NCBI GenBank assembly: GCA_025594325.1
Contig: JANHCV010000011.1
Location: 1,436,810-1,500,809 of the forward strand
Direction: 5' to 3'
From: Blastocladiella emersonii ATCC 22665
Taxonomy: Eukaryota > Fungi > Blastocladiomycota
DNA length: 64,000 bases
The translations under genes were made by a program, and so were the position numbers. Within the stretch, counting starts at the first letter, position 1, and each line of letters opens with the position of its first letter. This document shows positions 1 to 12,450 of this stretch, piece after piece. The notes beneath the pieces are model-generated. The model ran no database searches, was not told the DNA's origin, and saw only the letters and a list, made by a program, of their open reading frames with translations.

Positions 1-9
1 ACGAATCTC

Positions 10-1651
10 ATGACGTTCTCGCCTGCTGGGAATACGGTGGTCGAGTGCGCGCCGAGTTTGTGCGGCAAGTTCTCGCTCGGCGGCACGGCGCTGACAACGC
101 AGGAGCTTCCCCTCACCAGCGCGCAGGACAAGCCGGAGGGCGCGACCGCGTTCCTTCATGGGTGCCTCGTCAACATCAAGACGAAGGCCGAGGCGTGCAG
201 TTGGCTCACCCTTGCGCCTCCTCGGACCACCAACGGCCCCATCACGCGCGCTGGCGTCACGAGCTCGGTGCACTGCGGCTCCGCCGCGTCCGAGATCATC
301 AAGACGGCCACCGCCCTGTCGGTGGGCTCGGTGGGCTCGGGCAACCCGTCATCTTCGGCCACGGGCAACGGCAGCAGCTCCGACAACACGACCGCCAACG
401 CCGCCAACTCGACCTCGACCAACGGCAAGCTCGGCGGGCTCGCCATTTTCGGGATCGTCGCGGCCGCGCTTGCCGTCATCTTCGGGGTACGCTCTCGCCG
501 ATCTCCTCGACCGTCACGTCATGAATCGCTGACCCGTCGTCCTACCCCTCGCGTAGTTTGCGCTCGGCGGTTTCGTGCTCCGCAAGCGCCGTCGCGCGGG
601 CGGCAACAGCAACCGCAAGAGCGCACGCGCGCTGCTCGGGACAGCCGGCGACGATGCGGACCCGTTCGCCTCGCGTCGCACCTCGTCGGCGGGACTCATG
701 TACGGCGCGCAGTCCACGCCGCCGGCGCTCGCCCCGGTGCAGGCGTACGCGCCGCAGCAGCAGCAGCCGCACGACTATCAGCAGTACCAGGCGTCGGGCT
801 CGCCCGACCGCGGCGCGGCGCTCCACATCCCGGTGCCGAACAGCGGCGCGTCCATGTCGTACCCGTCGCCGACGGCGCCGTCGTACGGCGAGCTTGCTGC
901 CCCGCCCATCGCCGCGGCGGCGGTTGCGGCCGCGTCGTCGTCGACGATCCTGCGCGTGCCGACGGTGCCGCGGAAGCAGCTTGACCTGTCCGGGTACACG
1001 ACGTACTCTGTGGCGGACCTGGCCAAGCGCAAGCCGCGCGGTCCCGTGGCGGCGGTGGCCGAGGGCGAGGCGGGCACGGGCGCGTCGCTGGAGCGGCCGA
1101 GCTCGGTGGCGCAGCTGGGCGACCTCATGTCCGAGGACTCGCTGCAGAGCGTGGTGGACGCGTACGAGTCGCTGTTCAACGCGTACGAGGGCCACGCGCG
1201 GCGCATGGCGTCGGGGTCGCTCGCGCGCAACTACTCGGTTCGGTCGGCGGCGCCCGGCGGCGCGCTGGGCAACCCGCGGCGCGACCGCGCCGAGCGCATG
1301 GCGGGCGACCTCGCGGGCGTGCTCAAGGCGATGCAGGCGGCGGTGTCGTCGTCGGGGCTCGCGACGGCGTCGCGCACGGCGCCGACCAGCACCAGCGGCG
1401 GGGCGGCGATCCCGCGCGACCTGGTCGAGATGGCGGGCGACGTGTTTGCGCGGATGCGGCGGTTCATCCCGCACGGCGTGCTGGTGGTGGCCCCGGCGCG
1501 CGCGGCGCTCCACGAGACGACGATGCACGTGTACTGCGAGTCCGAGGAGGCGGGCAGCGCCAACTCGACGGTGGTGGCGACCGTGTGGCCCGGGTGGATG
1601 AGCCCGGCGGACGGGCGCGTTCTTTGCAAGACCCGCGTCATGGTCGAGTAG
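10..1651 (+). CDS. Single-pass membrane protein, paralog 1 of a local receptor-like family (Cys-containing and Ser/Thr-rich N-terminus, TM, cytoplasmic domain)
   Basis: Exon 10-486 ends LAIFGIVAAALAVIFG. Intron about 487-556 (GTACGC...CGTAG). Exon 2 continues FALGGFVLRKRRR and runs to the stop at 1651. Shares DSLQSVVDAYESLF and VWPGW motifs with the genes at 8102 and 15479. The true start could lie upstream of the window. Confidence 0.75.
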
Positions 1652-2501
1652 TTGTTATCGAGTGTCTCCCTCCCGTTTTTGTATCCGCATTTATCTTAGA
1701 AATCATCCACTGCACAATCCTTTTTTTGTTTCTCACGGTGACCGTGGCCGTGGCCGAGGCGCTGGTTCCAAAGGTCAAGGCGAGACGCGTCCTGAAGTGC
1801 GAGACGCGGGACGTCACGCCGTGGCGCACGGGAGACCATGGTGCCACTTTCAACACCGGTCCCCGCACGGTAACCAACTTAATCGGCGGCCGTGATTCCC
1901 ATGCACTCCGCTCGCTGCCTCGGTGGCCGTGGGAGCGGGCCGAATTTGAGGGTGCTGCTGGGTCGAGTCAGCGGGGCGCGGGTGGCCGGCTCGGCGGCAG
2001 GGGACACGCGCCCGCCGCTCCCGCCCTCCCTCAGCCGCGCTCCCTCCCCACAGCCCACAGCGACTGGCTGTCCATGCAACGCGATCGCTGACCACGCCCG
2101 CCGCGGCCGCCCATGAAGCTGAACCCACCGCGACCCCCGGCAACCCACCCTCGCGGCTGACCTCCACCGACTGCCGGCCGCGCCTCGCCCCACATCCATC
2201 CCGCGCCCGCGCAACTGCGGCGACCTGCTCCCGATCCGCTCCTCTGCGCGTGCGCTCGAGTGTCGCCATCCGCGCTTCCTCGCGCTCGCCGCCTTCGCGC
2301 CATCGTCGCTGAACGGCCGGCTGCGCCCGCCGATTCCTCGCGACTCGACTTGCCCGTTTGGGCCCGTGGTGGCGCGCCTTGTCCTCTGTTCCTGCTGCTG
2401 CGTTGCTGTTCATCTCCCCTCCCGCTCCGCGCCGACCTCGACCTCGACCTCAAAGCTCCGCTGAGCGCGACCACGCAACCTGATCCTCGCCACGCATCAC
2501 C

Positions 2502-5500
2502 ATGGCCGACGCGGGCTCCTCGATCCAGGTCTTCGTGCGGGTCCGGTGCGTGTCCTCGCGTCCGCCTGCCGCGCCACCCATCGCGGAGCGCTGACCTCGC
2601 GCGCACGCGCGCCCATCTAGCCCGCTCAACCCGCGCGAGCGGTCCGCCGCCTCGGACGTGTGCGTGAGCGTGAGCCCCGACGGCGCCTCCATCTCCATCA
2701 CCGCCGCCCCCAATGCTGCGACGTCGTCAGGCGCTGCCAGCACGCCGCCCGCGAGCGCGCGTAACTCGGTCATCAGCCTCGCCTCGGTCGCTTCCGCAAA
2801 CTCGGGCAAGCGCAACTCGGTCCTCTCCACCACGGGCGGCGGGCCCGTCGTCGCCGACTCGGGCGCCGCCTCCGTCAAGAACACGTTCGCCTTCGACCAG
2901 TGCTTCCAGGCCTCCGCCGACGACTCGCCCGGCATCGACCAGGAGCGCGTGTTTGACGCGGTCGCGCGCCCGCTGCTCGATCACGCGTTTACCGGGTACA
3001 ATGTGTGCCTCTTTGCCTGTACGCTGCCTCTCGTTTATTTCTCCGAGGAATCGCGGCTGACTGGTCTCTTGGACCGCGCGTAGATGGACAGACCGGGAGC
3101 GGCAAGGTACACTGACCGCCGCCCTGCGCCCGCCTGACCCACTCCACGCGCTCACACGCGTACCGTTCGCCGTAGACGTACACCATGATGGGCCGCCAGG
3201 GCGACGGCAACGCCGGCATCATCCCGCGCGCCAGCGCCTACCTCTTCGACGAGATCGCGCGCCGCTCCGCCGCCGACCCGAACGTGTCCTTCAACGTGGA
3301 GCTGAGCTACCTCGAAATCTACTGCGAGAAGGTCAAGGACCTGCTCAACCCGCTCAACAAGGCCAAGCTGCGCGTCCGCGAGCACCCGATCCTCGGACCT
3401 TACGTCGAGGACCTCAGCAAGCTCATCCTTACCTCGGGCGAGGACCTGCTCCGCCTCGTCGAGACGGGCAACCAGCTGCGCACCGTCGCTGCCACCAACA
3501 TGAACGACACGTCCTCGCGCTCCCACGCCGTGTTCCAGGTCATCCTCACCCAGAAGCGCTTCGACGATGAGACGGGCATGTCCAGCGAGAAGGTGTCGCG
3601 CATCTCGTTTGTCGATCTGGTACGCCGCTTTTCCGCTCACTGCGCACAGTCATCGGCTGACGTTATCGACTCCGAACTAGGCCGGCAGCGAACGCGCCAA
3701 CTCGACGGGCGCCACGGGCCAGCGGCTCAAGGAGGGCGCCAACATTAACAAGTCGCTCACGTCGCTCGGCAAGGTCATCTCGGCGCTCGCCGACCTCGGC
3801 GCTGGCCGCGCCTCCAAGAACGCGCACGTCCCGTACCGCGACTCGGTTCTCACCTGGCTGCTCAAGGACTCGCTCGGCGGCAACTCCAAGACCCACATGA
3901 TCAGCTGCGTCTCGCCCGCCTCCATCAACGCCAGCGAGTCGCTCTCGACGCTGCGCTACTCGGACCGCGCCAAGCGCATCGTCAACAAGGCCAAGGTCAA
4001 CGAGGACCCCAACGCCAAGCTCATCGCCGACCTCAAGGCCGAGATCGAGCTGCTGCGCCGCAAGCTCATGGAGGCCGGGTCCATGGGCGAGCTCGGCACT
4101 GGCAGCGGAACCAGCACCTCGCCGCCGACGGGCACCGCATCCGCCGCCGTCTCGACGGCCGTGTCCACCTCGCCAACCGCCAGCAGCAGCAACGGTGGGA
4201 CCCCCGTCAACACGCCGCCGCATTCGGCGTCGGGTTCCGCGCCGCCCGAGGCCATCTCGCACCTCAAGGACAAGCTCATGTCCAGCGAGAAGCTGATGCG
4301 CGAGCTGAACGAGACGTGGGAGGAGAAGCTGCGGCGCACGCAGCAGCTGGCGCAAGAAAAGGAGCGCGTGCTGCAGGAGCTCGGGATCAGCATCGGCAAC
4401 GGTCACGTCGGCATCACGTCGCCCAAGCGGCACCCGCACCTGCTCAACCAGCAGCCCAACTCGCTCAACGAGTCGCTCATCTACACGCTGCCGCCGGGCA
4501 AGACGGGCATCGGGTCCGCGACCGACGCCGAGGTGCGCCTCGACAAGCTCAAGTCGTGCCACGCCATCATCTACAACTCGGACCACGTCGTGCTGCTGCA
4601 GCCGCGCGGGCCCGACATCTACGTCAACTCGCGCGAGGTCACCAAGACCACCATCCTGCAGTCGGGCGACCAGGTCCGCCTCCAGGAGTACCTGTTCCGG
4701 TTCATCCACCCAAGACGGAAAACGCTCTCCATGGGCGGCCTCTCCAACCCGCACCTCCCGCGCCGCAACCCGATGAAGCTGCTCACGTCGCGCCTGCGCG
4801 ACCAGGCGCTCTGGAAGCGCAAGCAGCGCGGCCTGTTCGCCGACATCCGCCAGCAGTGCGGCCTCGTCAAGCGCGCCAACGTCATGGCCAAGGAGCTCGG
4901 GTACAACGTCGTGTACCAGCTGCACCTGCACCAGGAGCCCGTCCTCGGCGGACACGCGTCCGCTGCCGCGGCGCCGGCGTCCGCGGTGGGTGAGGCCGTC
5001 ACGTCGCCGACCACGCCGTCGGCCGCCGCCATCGCGTCCTCGGACACGGGCCAGCTGCGGCTCGACGTGCGCGTGTACGACCTCGACGTGCGCGCGGTGC
5101 GGTACTGGTCACTCAAGGAGTTCAACCTGCGGCTGGTCGAAATGGACCAGGTGTACACGCAGAACGTGGCCCTCGAGCACAACCCGTTCCTCCCCGGGTA
5201 CGCCACGACCGACCCGACCACGGGCGAGGTCGCGGCCGAGCCCGATACCGCGACGCACGTCGGGACCGCGCAGGCCGCGCTCTCGCACGCCGGCGACGTC
5301 ACGGTGGCCGTCGTCTCGACGCTCGCCGAGCGCACCGTCATCGGCACGCTCCAGGTCCACATTGCCCCGCGCGTCGGGTTTGTCGACGTCAACGTCATGG
5401 AGTTTTGCGAGCGCGGCACCGGCGCCGAGCTTGACGCGTTCCGAATCGCGATGCGCGTCGGCAACACCGTGCACTGGACCGAGACCGTCGAGGGGTTCCA

Positions 5501-7892
5501 GGGCGCTGGATCCGTGCCGTTCCTCGCGTCCGCGTCGTTCCCCGTGCTGCTCCCGAGCGTGCTCGATCCCACGGCTGCCGGTGGGTCCGCACCTTCGCCG
5601 TCGGTCCTTACGTCCGCGATCCTGCGCCAAACCACGGGCAAACCCGGGGGCCGCGGCGCGCCTCCGCTCCCGCCTGCGCCCGCCATCACCTTCGAGGTGT
5701 ACGCGCAGATCACGGCGCCGCTGATGCCGTTGGTGCTGCGCGAGGTGGACGTGGACCGGATAGCCATCGAGCGGTCGCCCGAGGTCGGCTCGGGGCCCGT
5801 CAAGCACCACGTGTACGCGAACGTGCAGGTGCGGCAGCTCGACGAGAACGGGTTCTTTGTGCCGTGCCCCGTCGACCAGCCGCGCGACAACTTGCAGCGG
5901 CCGCCCGTCCTGCGGCTCCGGCACGGCATGCTGCGGCGGCTGCACCTGACGCTGGCGTCGCCGCGGTCGCAGCCCGCGGTCGGCGTGCTGCGCATCGAGC
6001 TCGGCAACTGGCGGTGGCTCGCCGCGGGGACCCAGGTGATCCACGGCGGGACCGCGCTCGACCTCCCGATCCTGCGCGAGACGCGCGGCGAGCCCCGCGG
6101 CGCGCACCTCGTCACGTCGGTCGAGTGCGCGTGGGACTCGTCGCTGCACGACTTCTTCTACCTCAACCGGCCATCGCCGCCCGACTCGGGCCTGCTCCTC
6201 GCGACCGCGACCATCGAGACGTCCGAGGGATGGACGCTCGCGCTCGACCTCGCGTTCGTGTCGACGATGCGCGGCGGGTCCGGCGACGGCGTCGCGCGGT
6301 CCGCGCTCGCCATCTGGAGCGTCCAGCGCGCGCCCGCGCACCTCACCGTCACAGAGTACGTGCGCGGCGAGGAGTCGCTCGGCGCCTTCTACGTCCTCGG
6401 CACGCGCGACGGCGGCGCCGGCATGATGTCGCGCGCCGTCGAGCACCGCGTCTGGGAGACCCAGCTGCGCGAGGTTGAGCGCACCCGCGCGTGGCTTGCG
6501 CGGCGGGCCGCCGTCGCGGCCGCGGCCAAGGACAAGGACCTGCCCCCGCTGCCCGCCGCGCCACCGCTCTCGGCGTCGCCTGTCGTGGCGGAAGGCGTCC
6601 TGGACGACGGTGCGCCGCGGCATCGGCGCCAGGTTCTTGCCGTTGACGATCTCGAGCTCGAGGACGACGACGGTTTGGGAGATGACGACGAGGATGACGG
6701 GGACACGACGGTCGTCAACGTCGCCAACGACGACCAGGTCGAGCCCGAGTCCAACTCAAAACGGAACCGACCACGACCGCCGCCTCTCGCGCCCGTCGCC
6801 GCCGCCGTATCATCCGCTGCAGCCACGGGCCCGAGCCCGCGCACCAGCAGTCTCCACCGAAAACCCCTCCCGCTCGCGCCCGTGGCCTCACCCTCGCCCG
6901 CGCCGCCGCGGTCGCCCATGGACAGCCTCGGCAGCGGGAGCAGCAGCAACGGCAGCTTCCGTTCGCTGACGCCTCCGTACGGGCTATCGTCGGCGCCCAC
7001 GAGTCCGACGGCCGACACGCACCCGCCGCCGCGGCCACCGCCCAAGTCGGCGATCATGCTGCTCCAGATGGCGCTGACGCTGTGGACGCGGCCGCCGCTC
7101 GAGCCCGTGCTGCCGTCGCTCGCGCGCGTGCGCCAGTTCACGCACTCTGCACTCGCCCGGCGCGAGCACGTGCTGTGCGACCAGGTCGCGACGCTGCCGC
7201 CCGTCGCCAAGCGCGGGTACCTGCAGATGTTTGCCGAGTACGCACCGCCGCCAGCACCCGTCGCGGGAGGCACGCCGGTCGTGTCGTCGACGCCGCTCGC
7301 GCCGCTCAGCCGTGCGGGGTCCGCGGCGCTGTCGACGGCATCGCTCAGCCGAGCGGGGTCCGCGGCGCTGTCGGCGGCGTCGCTGACGAGCAGCAGCGCG
7401 GGCGAGTGGACGCGGGTGTGGGTGGTGATCCGGCGGCCGTACATATTACTGTACGAGACGGCGGACGAGCACACGGAGGTGGCGGTGCTGCACCTGGTCA
7501 ACGCCAAGGTCGAGTACCAGAGCGACGCGCTGCCCGAGGCGGAGCCGGCGTGGACGTCGTTTGCGCTGCTGACGCCCGAGTACCGGTACCACTTCAAGAC
7601 GCCGACGCACGCCGACCTCGTGGCGTGGGTGTCGACCATCGACCCGCTGCACGTCGCGGCGCTGCAGTCGAACCGCATCGGGATCGGCGCCGGGATCGGG
7701 ATCGGCCTGGGTGTCGGCGCGGGCGTCGCGGCCATGGCCGAGCGCAGCAGGGCCGCCGCCGCGGGAAGGCAGCAGGTCAACCAGCGCACGTCCATCTCGT
7801 CGCTGGCCGCGGCGTTCTTCCGGCGGTCGTCGGCCTCGGTCATCTCGACGGCGGGGCTCGGGCTCGGGACGGGCACGCACGGCGGGCTGTAG
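2502..7892 (+). CDS. unc-104: Kinesin-3 (Unc104/KIF1-like): motor, FHA, DUF3694-like region, C-terminal PH
   Basis: Spliced motor motifs VFVRVRP, FAFD, (Y)[52 protein letters not shown]; FHA-like segment near 4480-4710; PH motif [12 protein letters not shown]. Introns near 2546-2620, 3020-3083, 3107-3176 and 3621-3680. Confidence 0.95.
7303..7385 (+). repeat. 39-bp tandem duplication within the kinesin PH region ([13 protein letters not shown] / [13 protein letters not shown])
   Basis: Two adjacent near-identical copies of cgctcagccg(t/a)gcggggtccgcggcgctgtcg. Confidence 0.85.
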
Positions 7893-8101
7893 CGAGAGGA
7901 GACTCGGGGTTGGTTTTGTGTCTGGTTCTATACTATCATGGAGTGTCTTTGACTTTTTGTAACTATACCGCATTCTTGCTTGCTCTTGCACACAACGAGT
8001 CTCTCTGTTACGTGATATCTTAACTGCGCGGCCACGGCGATGGCCGCGAAAGGAATGGGATGGGATGAGATATGAACAAAAACCTCGCTCGCGCTGCAAG
8101 C

Positions 8102-9542
8102 TCACCACCACTCGTCGTACCCGACGGCCGGCATGAGGAACAGCTTGACGGGGACGACGGTCCGCACGCGGCCCGTGTGTCCGTCGCGCTGCTGCAGGGC
8201 CCACCCGGGGAACACGGTGCCGGCGACGACCATGGGGCACACGTGCGCCTCGCCGTCCATGCCCATGCCTGCGGGCGGCGGCATCGCGTGGTACGTCCAG
8301 GTCGCAGCGCGCCCGGCCACGTCGTCGAGTGGGACGGGTCCGGGGCCGACGTCCACGAGCGTCAGCGTGCCCTCGTTGCCCGCGGGACCGAGGTGCCGCG
8401 CGGCGCGCGCGAGGACTGAGCGCGCGTGGTCGACGAGCGCCCATTCCTCGGTCTCGACGCGCGGGGCGGCGGGGTCGGGCGCGTGGACCTGGTCACTGGC
8501 GGAAGGCGGCGGCGGGCGCGGGGTCGGGATGCGCGTGTCAGGGACCCCGAGTCGGGCGACGAGGCGTGCCGTGGCCGCGCACAGAGCGGCGGCGTGGATG
8601 GCGCGGCGGTGGGCAATGGTGACGGCGGCGGCCGGGTCGGCGGCGACGGGCGCGGCGAGCGGGCGGTGCAGGCGCTCGAGCGACAGGAAGATGGACTCCC
8701 ACTCGTCGGCGAGCGACTGCAGCGTATCAGGCGGGATCGAGAGCGGCGGCGGCGGCAGGCGCAGCATGGCGACCGGGTACAGGTGGCGGTTGTCGTGGCA
8801 AAAGTGGGCCGCGGCGCCGGCGGGGAACGGGAGGGCGGCGGCCGCAGCGTAGTGGTTTGCGGAGACGTGATGGTGCTCGTGGCTCTCGTGGTGCGCCGTA
8901 GTCGCGGCGGCGGCGGTGACGAGGCGGTCGTAGGCGGTGCGGGTGGGGTGGTGGCTCGGCGAGTAGGGCGGGCGCGGGCCGTGGGCCATGGGGACGGCCG
9001 GGTGGCCCGGGATGCGGTGGCGGTCGGCGTAGTCGCGGCGGCGCTTGCGGGCGACGACGAGGGCGACCTGGCGCGAGGCGGATCGGAGCGTCAGCAGTGC
9101 GTGCGATGGGTGCAAGTGCGAGTCGGCGTACCAGGCCAATCGCGGCCAGCACGCCGAGGGCAATCAGGCCAAACTGCAGGCCGTAGGACGTGGAGCCGTC
9201 GGGCTTGGCGCTGTTGTCGCCGCTCACGTTGCCCGAGCTGCCGCCGTTCGCGCCGGCGGGACTGGTGCCCGTCCCGGACGGCGGGAGCTGCGCGGATGCC
9301 GGCGTGCCCGGTCCGGCGGTCTGAACTGGAGGCGTGGTGTCGGTTCCGCCGCCGACGGTGGCCGAAGCGGCGGGCGGTGGAGCCGGCGCGTTGGTCGCCC
9401 CGCTGCCGCTCCCGCCGCTGGACGGCGCATCGACGGCGACCGTGGTGGTGGTCGCCGGCACGGCGGGAACGGGCGCGGGCGGATCGTATCGCCGAGCGAG
9501 TCCCATGGTCGGTCGGAGGATGGACTCGGGCGTGGCGTGCAA
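8102..9542 (-). CDS. Single-pass membrane protein, paralog 2 of the receptor-like family
   Basis: Pro/Thr/Gly-rich stalk; TM LQFGLIALGVLAAIGL|VALVVA joined across an intron at about 9068-9130 (GTACGC...CTGAC...CCAG) and followed by RKRRR; motifs DTLQSLADEWESIF and VFPGW. The start codon is uncertain. Confidence 0.7.
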
Positions 9543-10263
9543 GGATGCAAGAAGTGCGAGGCCGAGGCGGGCAGTTTAGCGCAGCTGCGTGGACGAGTGC
9601 ATGAGCGAATGAAGGCGGCGGTGGCGAGCGAGGGCCGGTGCGGGGAGAGGGGAGAAGACGTAGCTCCCGGCCGGGGACCGCGGCGAACGCGACGCGTCTC
9701 TCGCCGCCGCGTGCGTGTGAGCAGCCCCACACGTGTTTTCGCGACGCGTCACAACTCTTGTTCCCTCGGACCATCCCGGGGGATCGAGTCGCGACTAAAC
9801 CGACCGCAACCTCGATGGGTCGACCTGACGCTGTGCTGGGACGCTCATCCGTGCGTTGCTGGCGCCAGCGGCGGGTGGAAACCACACGCCCTTTGCCGCT
9901 CCGAAGAGACGAGCCTCATATCTCGAACAAGCACCGCCGGCAGCGACCCGTCTGAGCGTCCCGATGGACCGCGAGACGAGCGCGCGCGGGCTTCGAACCT
10001 GGCCGTATCTGTCCGTTCGCCGCCAAACTCTGGACTGGGCGTCTCCACGACACCAATGGCGCATTGCACCGAGTCGCTACGCCCAGACCTTCACGCAGCG
10101 GGCAGCAGGTGGAGGTGGAGCGGACGAAAGCCCGCACGTGAGCTGAAGAACGCGTCGCTCCTCGCTTGCCTTGGCGCCGCCGACCGCCCGCCGAGGGCGC
10201 CCCCCTTCGCTTCTCGCTCCCGCTCCCCCAACACGGCTCGCCAGAGAGAGCGCACTCACACCT

Positions 10264-10274
10264 TGCAACGTATC
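10264..10274 (+). promoter_or_regulatory. TGCAACGTATC candidate initiator/5-prime UTR motif (also 38850-38860 on + and 30465-30475 on -)
   Basis: The identical 11-mer lies shortly upstream of three start codons, on the coding strand each time. Confidence 0.5.
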
Positions 10275-10281
10275 GACTACC

Positions 10282-12374
10282 ATGCCGCCCGCCGCCCCCG
10301 CCTTCACCCGAGGTGCGGCCTCACCGCGGACCGCCGCCGCCACTCGATCTCTCACGGCCGCGTCGGCACTCTCGTAGAGTCGATCTGGGCGTGCCTGCCC
10401 GCCACCACGCGCGGTCAGCCCGTCCAGCTCGACGCCCACCCCGCCGGCAAGTCGTTCCTCTACACCAACGGCCGCTCCGTCATCATCCGCGACCTCGCCG
10501 TGCGTGTCTCGCCCTCCTCGCTCGCCCCTTCTCTCCTTGCGCAAACTCACACCTGTACTCTCACAGCACCCCGAGCTCGCTACCGAGTACACGGGACACT
10601 CGTTCGGCGTCAACGTCGCCCGCTTCGCTCCCTCGGGCTACTACATTGCCTCGGGCGGTACGGCCCACCCCCTACCCGTTACCCGCAACCACGACCAACC
10701 CCCACTCACACTCGCGCACCCCCACATCCAGACGTCCGCGGCAACGTGCGCATCTGGGACGCCACCCAGCCCGAGCAGATCCTCAAGGCAGAGTACCAGC
10801 CCCTCTCGGGTACCATCAACGACCTCACCTGGGACTCCGAGTCCAAGCGCCTCATCGCCGTCGGTGACGGCCGCGACAAGTTCGGCCACGCCTTCGCCTT
10901 CGACACGGGCTCGTCCGTCGGCGAGATCGTCGGCCACAACAAGGTCGTCAACGCCGTCTCCATCCGCCCCTGCCGCCCCTTCCGCGCCGTCACCTGCTCC
11001 GACGACATGACCGTCAACTTCTTCAACGGCGTCCCCTACAAGTTCGCCCACTCCATCTCCGACCACACCCGCTTCGTCACCTCGGTCCGCTTCAGCCCCA
11101 ACGGCGCCCACTTCGCCTCGGTCGGCCTCGACGGCAAGATCTTCCTCTACGACGGCGCCACGGGTAACAAAGTCAAGGAGGTCACCGACCCCGACGCCCA
11201 CCACAAGGGCGGCATCTTCGCCCTCTCGTGGTCGCCCGACGCCAAGCAGTTCATCACCTCCTCGGCCGACTCCACCGTCAAGCTGTGGGACGCCGAGACC
11301 AGCAAGGTCGTCAACACCTGGCACCTCGACCCCAACGCCTCCTTCGGCATCCACCACCAGCAGGTCGGCAACCTGTGGCGCGGCGACTGGCTCCTCTCCA
11401 CCTCGCTCTCGGGCGACATGCACTATCTCGACCCCAAGACTGGCGCCGTCGCACGCACCGTCACCGGCCACCAGAAGAACATCACCGCCATGACCTTCCA
11501 CGCCGACTCGCGCACCCTCTTCACCGCCTCCTACGACGGCAACGTCCGCGCCTGGCACGAGGACGCTGCCGACGCCGGTGCGACCGCCACGGCCGTCGCG
11601 GGCGACGCCGCCACCACCACGCAGGTCCAGGACCTGACCCTCGCCGCCAAGGACGACGACGCCGCCCACGTCATCGCCATCGACATGGACGACACCCTGC
11701 GCACCATCCGCGGCACCGCCTTCGCGGGCGCCGCGACCAAGCTGCCCGCCCAGCCCTCGTCCGTCGCCGCGGCCAACGGCGGCACGCGGTACGTGGCCAC
11801 CACGGGCGGCGTGTTCGCCGTGTCCGCGTCGGGCGCCACGACCCCCGTCACCACGGCCCCCGCCAACGTGACCGTCGTCGCCACGTCGGCCGACCGCATG
11901 CACCTCGCCATGGGCACCGCCGACCGCACCGTGGTCGTGGCCGCGCTCGACCCCGCCACGGGCGTCGTGACCAACCCGGCCGTCGCCAAGTTCGAGAACT
12001 CCAAGGGCGCCGTGACCGCCATCGCCTTCGAGCCGACCGCGGGCAACCTGCTCGCCGTGGGCGACGCCGGCGGCAAGATCCTCGTCTACAACATCGCCGA
12101 CGCCGCCATCGCCCTCAACCAGTGGGTGTTCCACACGGCGCGCATCACCAGCGTCGCGTGGTCCGCGTCGGGCAACCACGCCGTGTCCACGTCGCTCGAC
12201 ACGGCCGTCGCCGTCTGGTCGCGCGCCGCGCCCATGCAGCACGTCATGATCCGCAACGCCCACGTCGACGCCGCGGTCTCGGCCGTGTTTGTCGGCGACG
12301 ACGTGGTTGCGAGCGCGGGCGCCGACGGGTGCGTCAAGCACTGGAAGATTGCCAAGATGCCCGGCTCCGCCTGA
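10282..12374 (+). CDS. AIP1: Actin-interacting protein 1 (WDR1/AIP1) double WD40 propeller
   Basis: TRGQPVQL...LYTNGRSVIIRD, EYTGHS...VARFAPSGYYIASG, GNVRIWD, GHNKVVNAVSIRPCRPFR, NQWVFHTARI. Three 5-prime introns at about 10313-10377, 10500-10566 and 10658-10730. Confidence 0.93.
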
Positions 12375-12450
12375 GCGGGTCACCGAGAGCAGTAGTGTGC
12401 CATGTTAACAAAGATTTTTGATTATCGAACCACGCGCGCGCGAACCAGAA

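Noticed and set aside
9045-10281. N-terminal 400 aa of the 1109-aa ORF 9045-12374 as part of AIP1
   Set aside because: It reads through the antisense of another gene, intergenic DNA and introns. The spliced model from the ATG at 10282 gives a normal AIP1.
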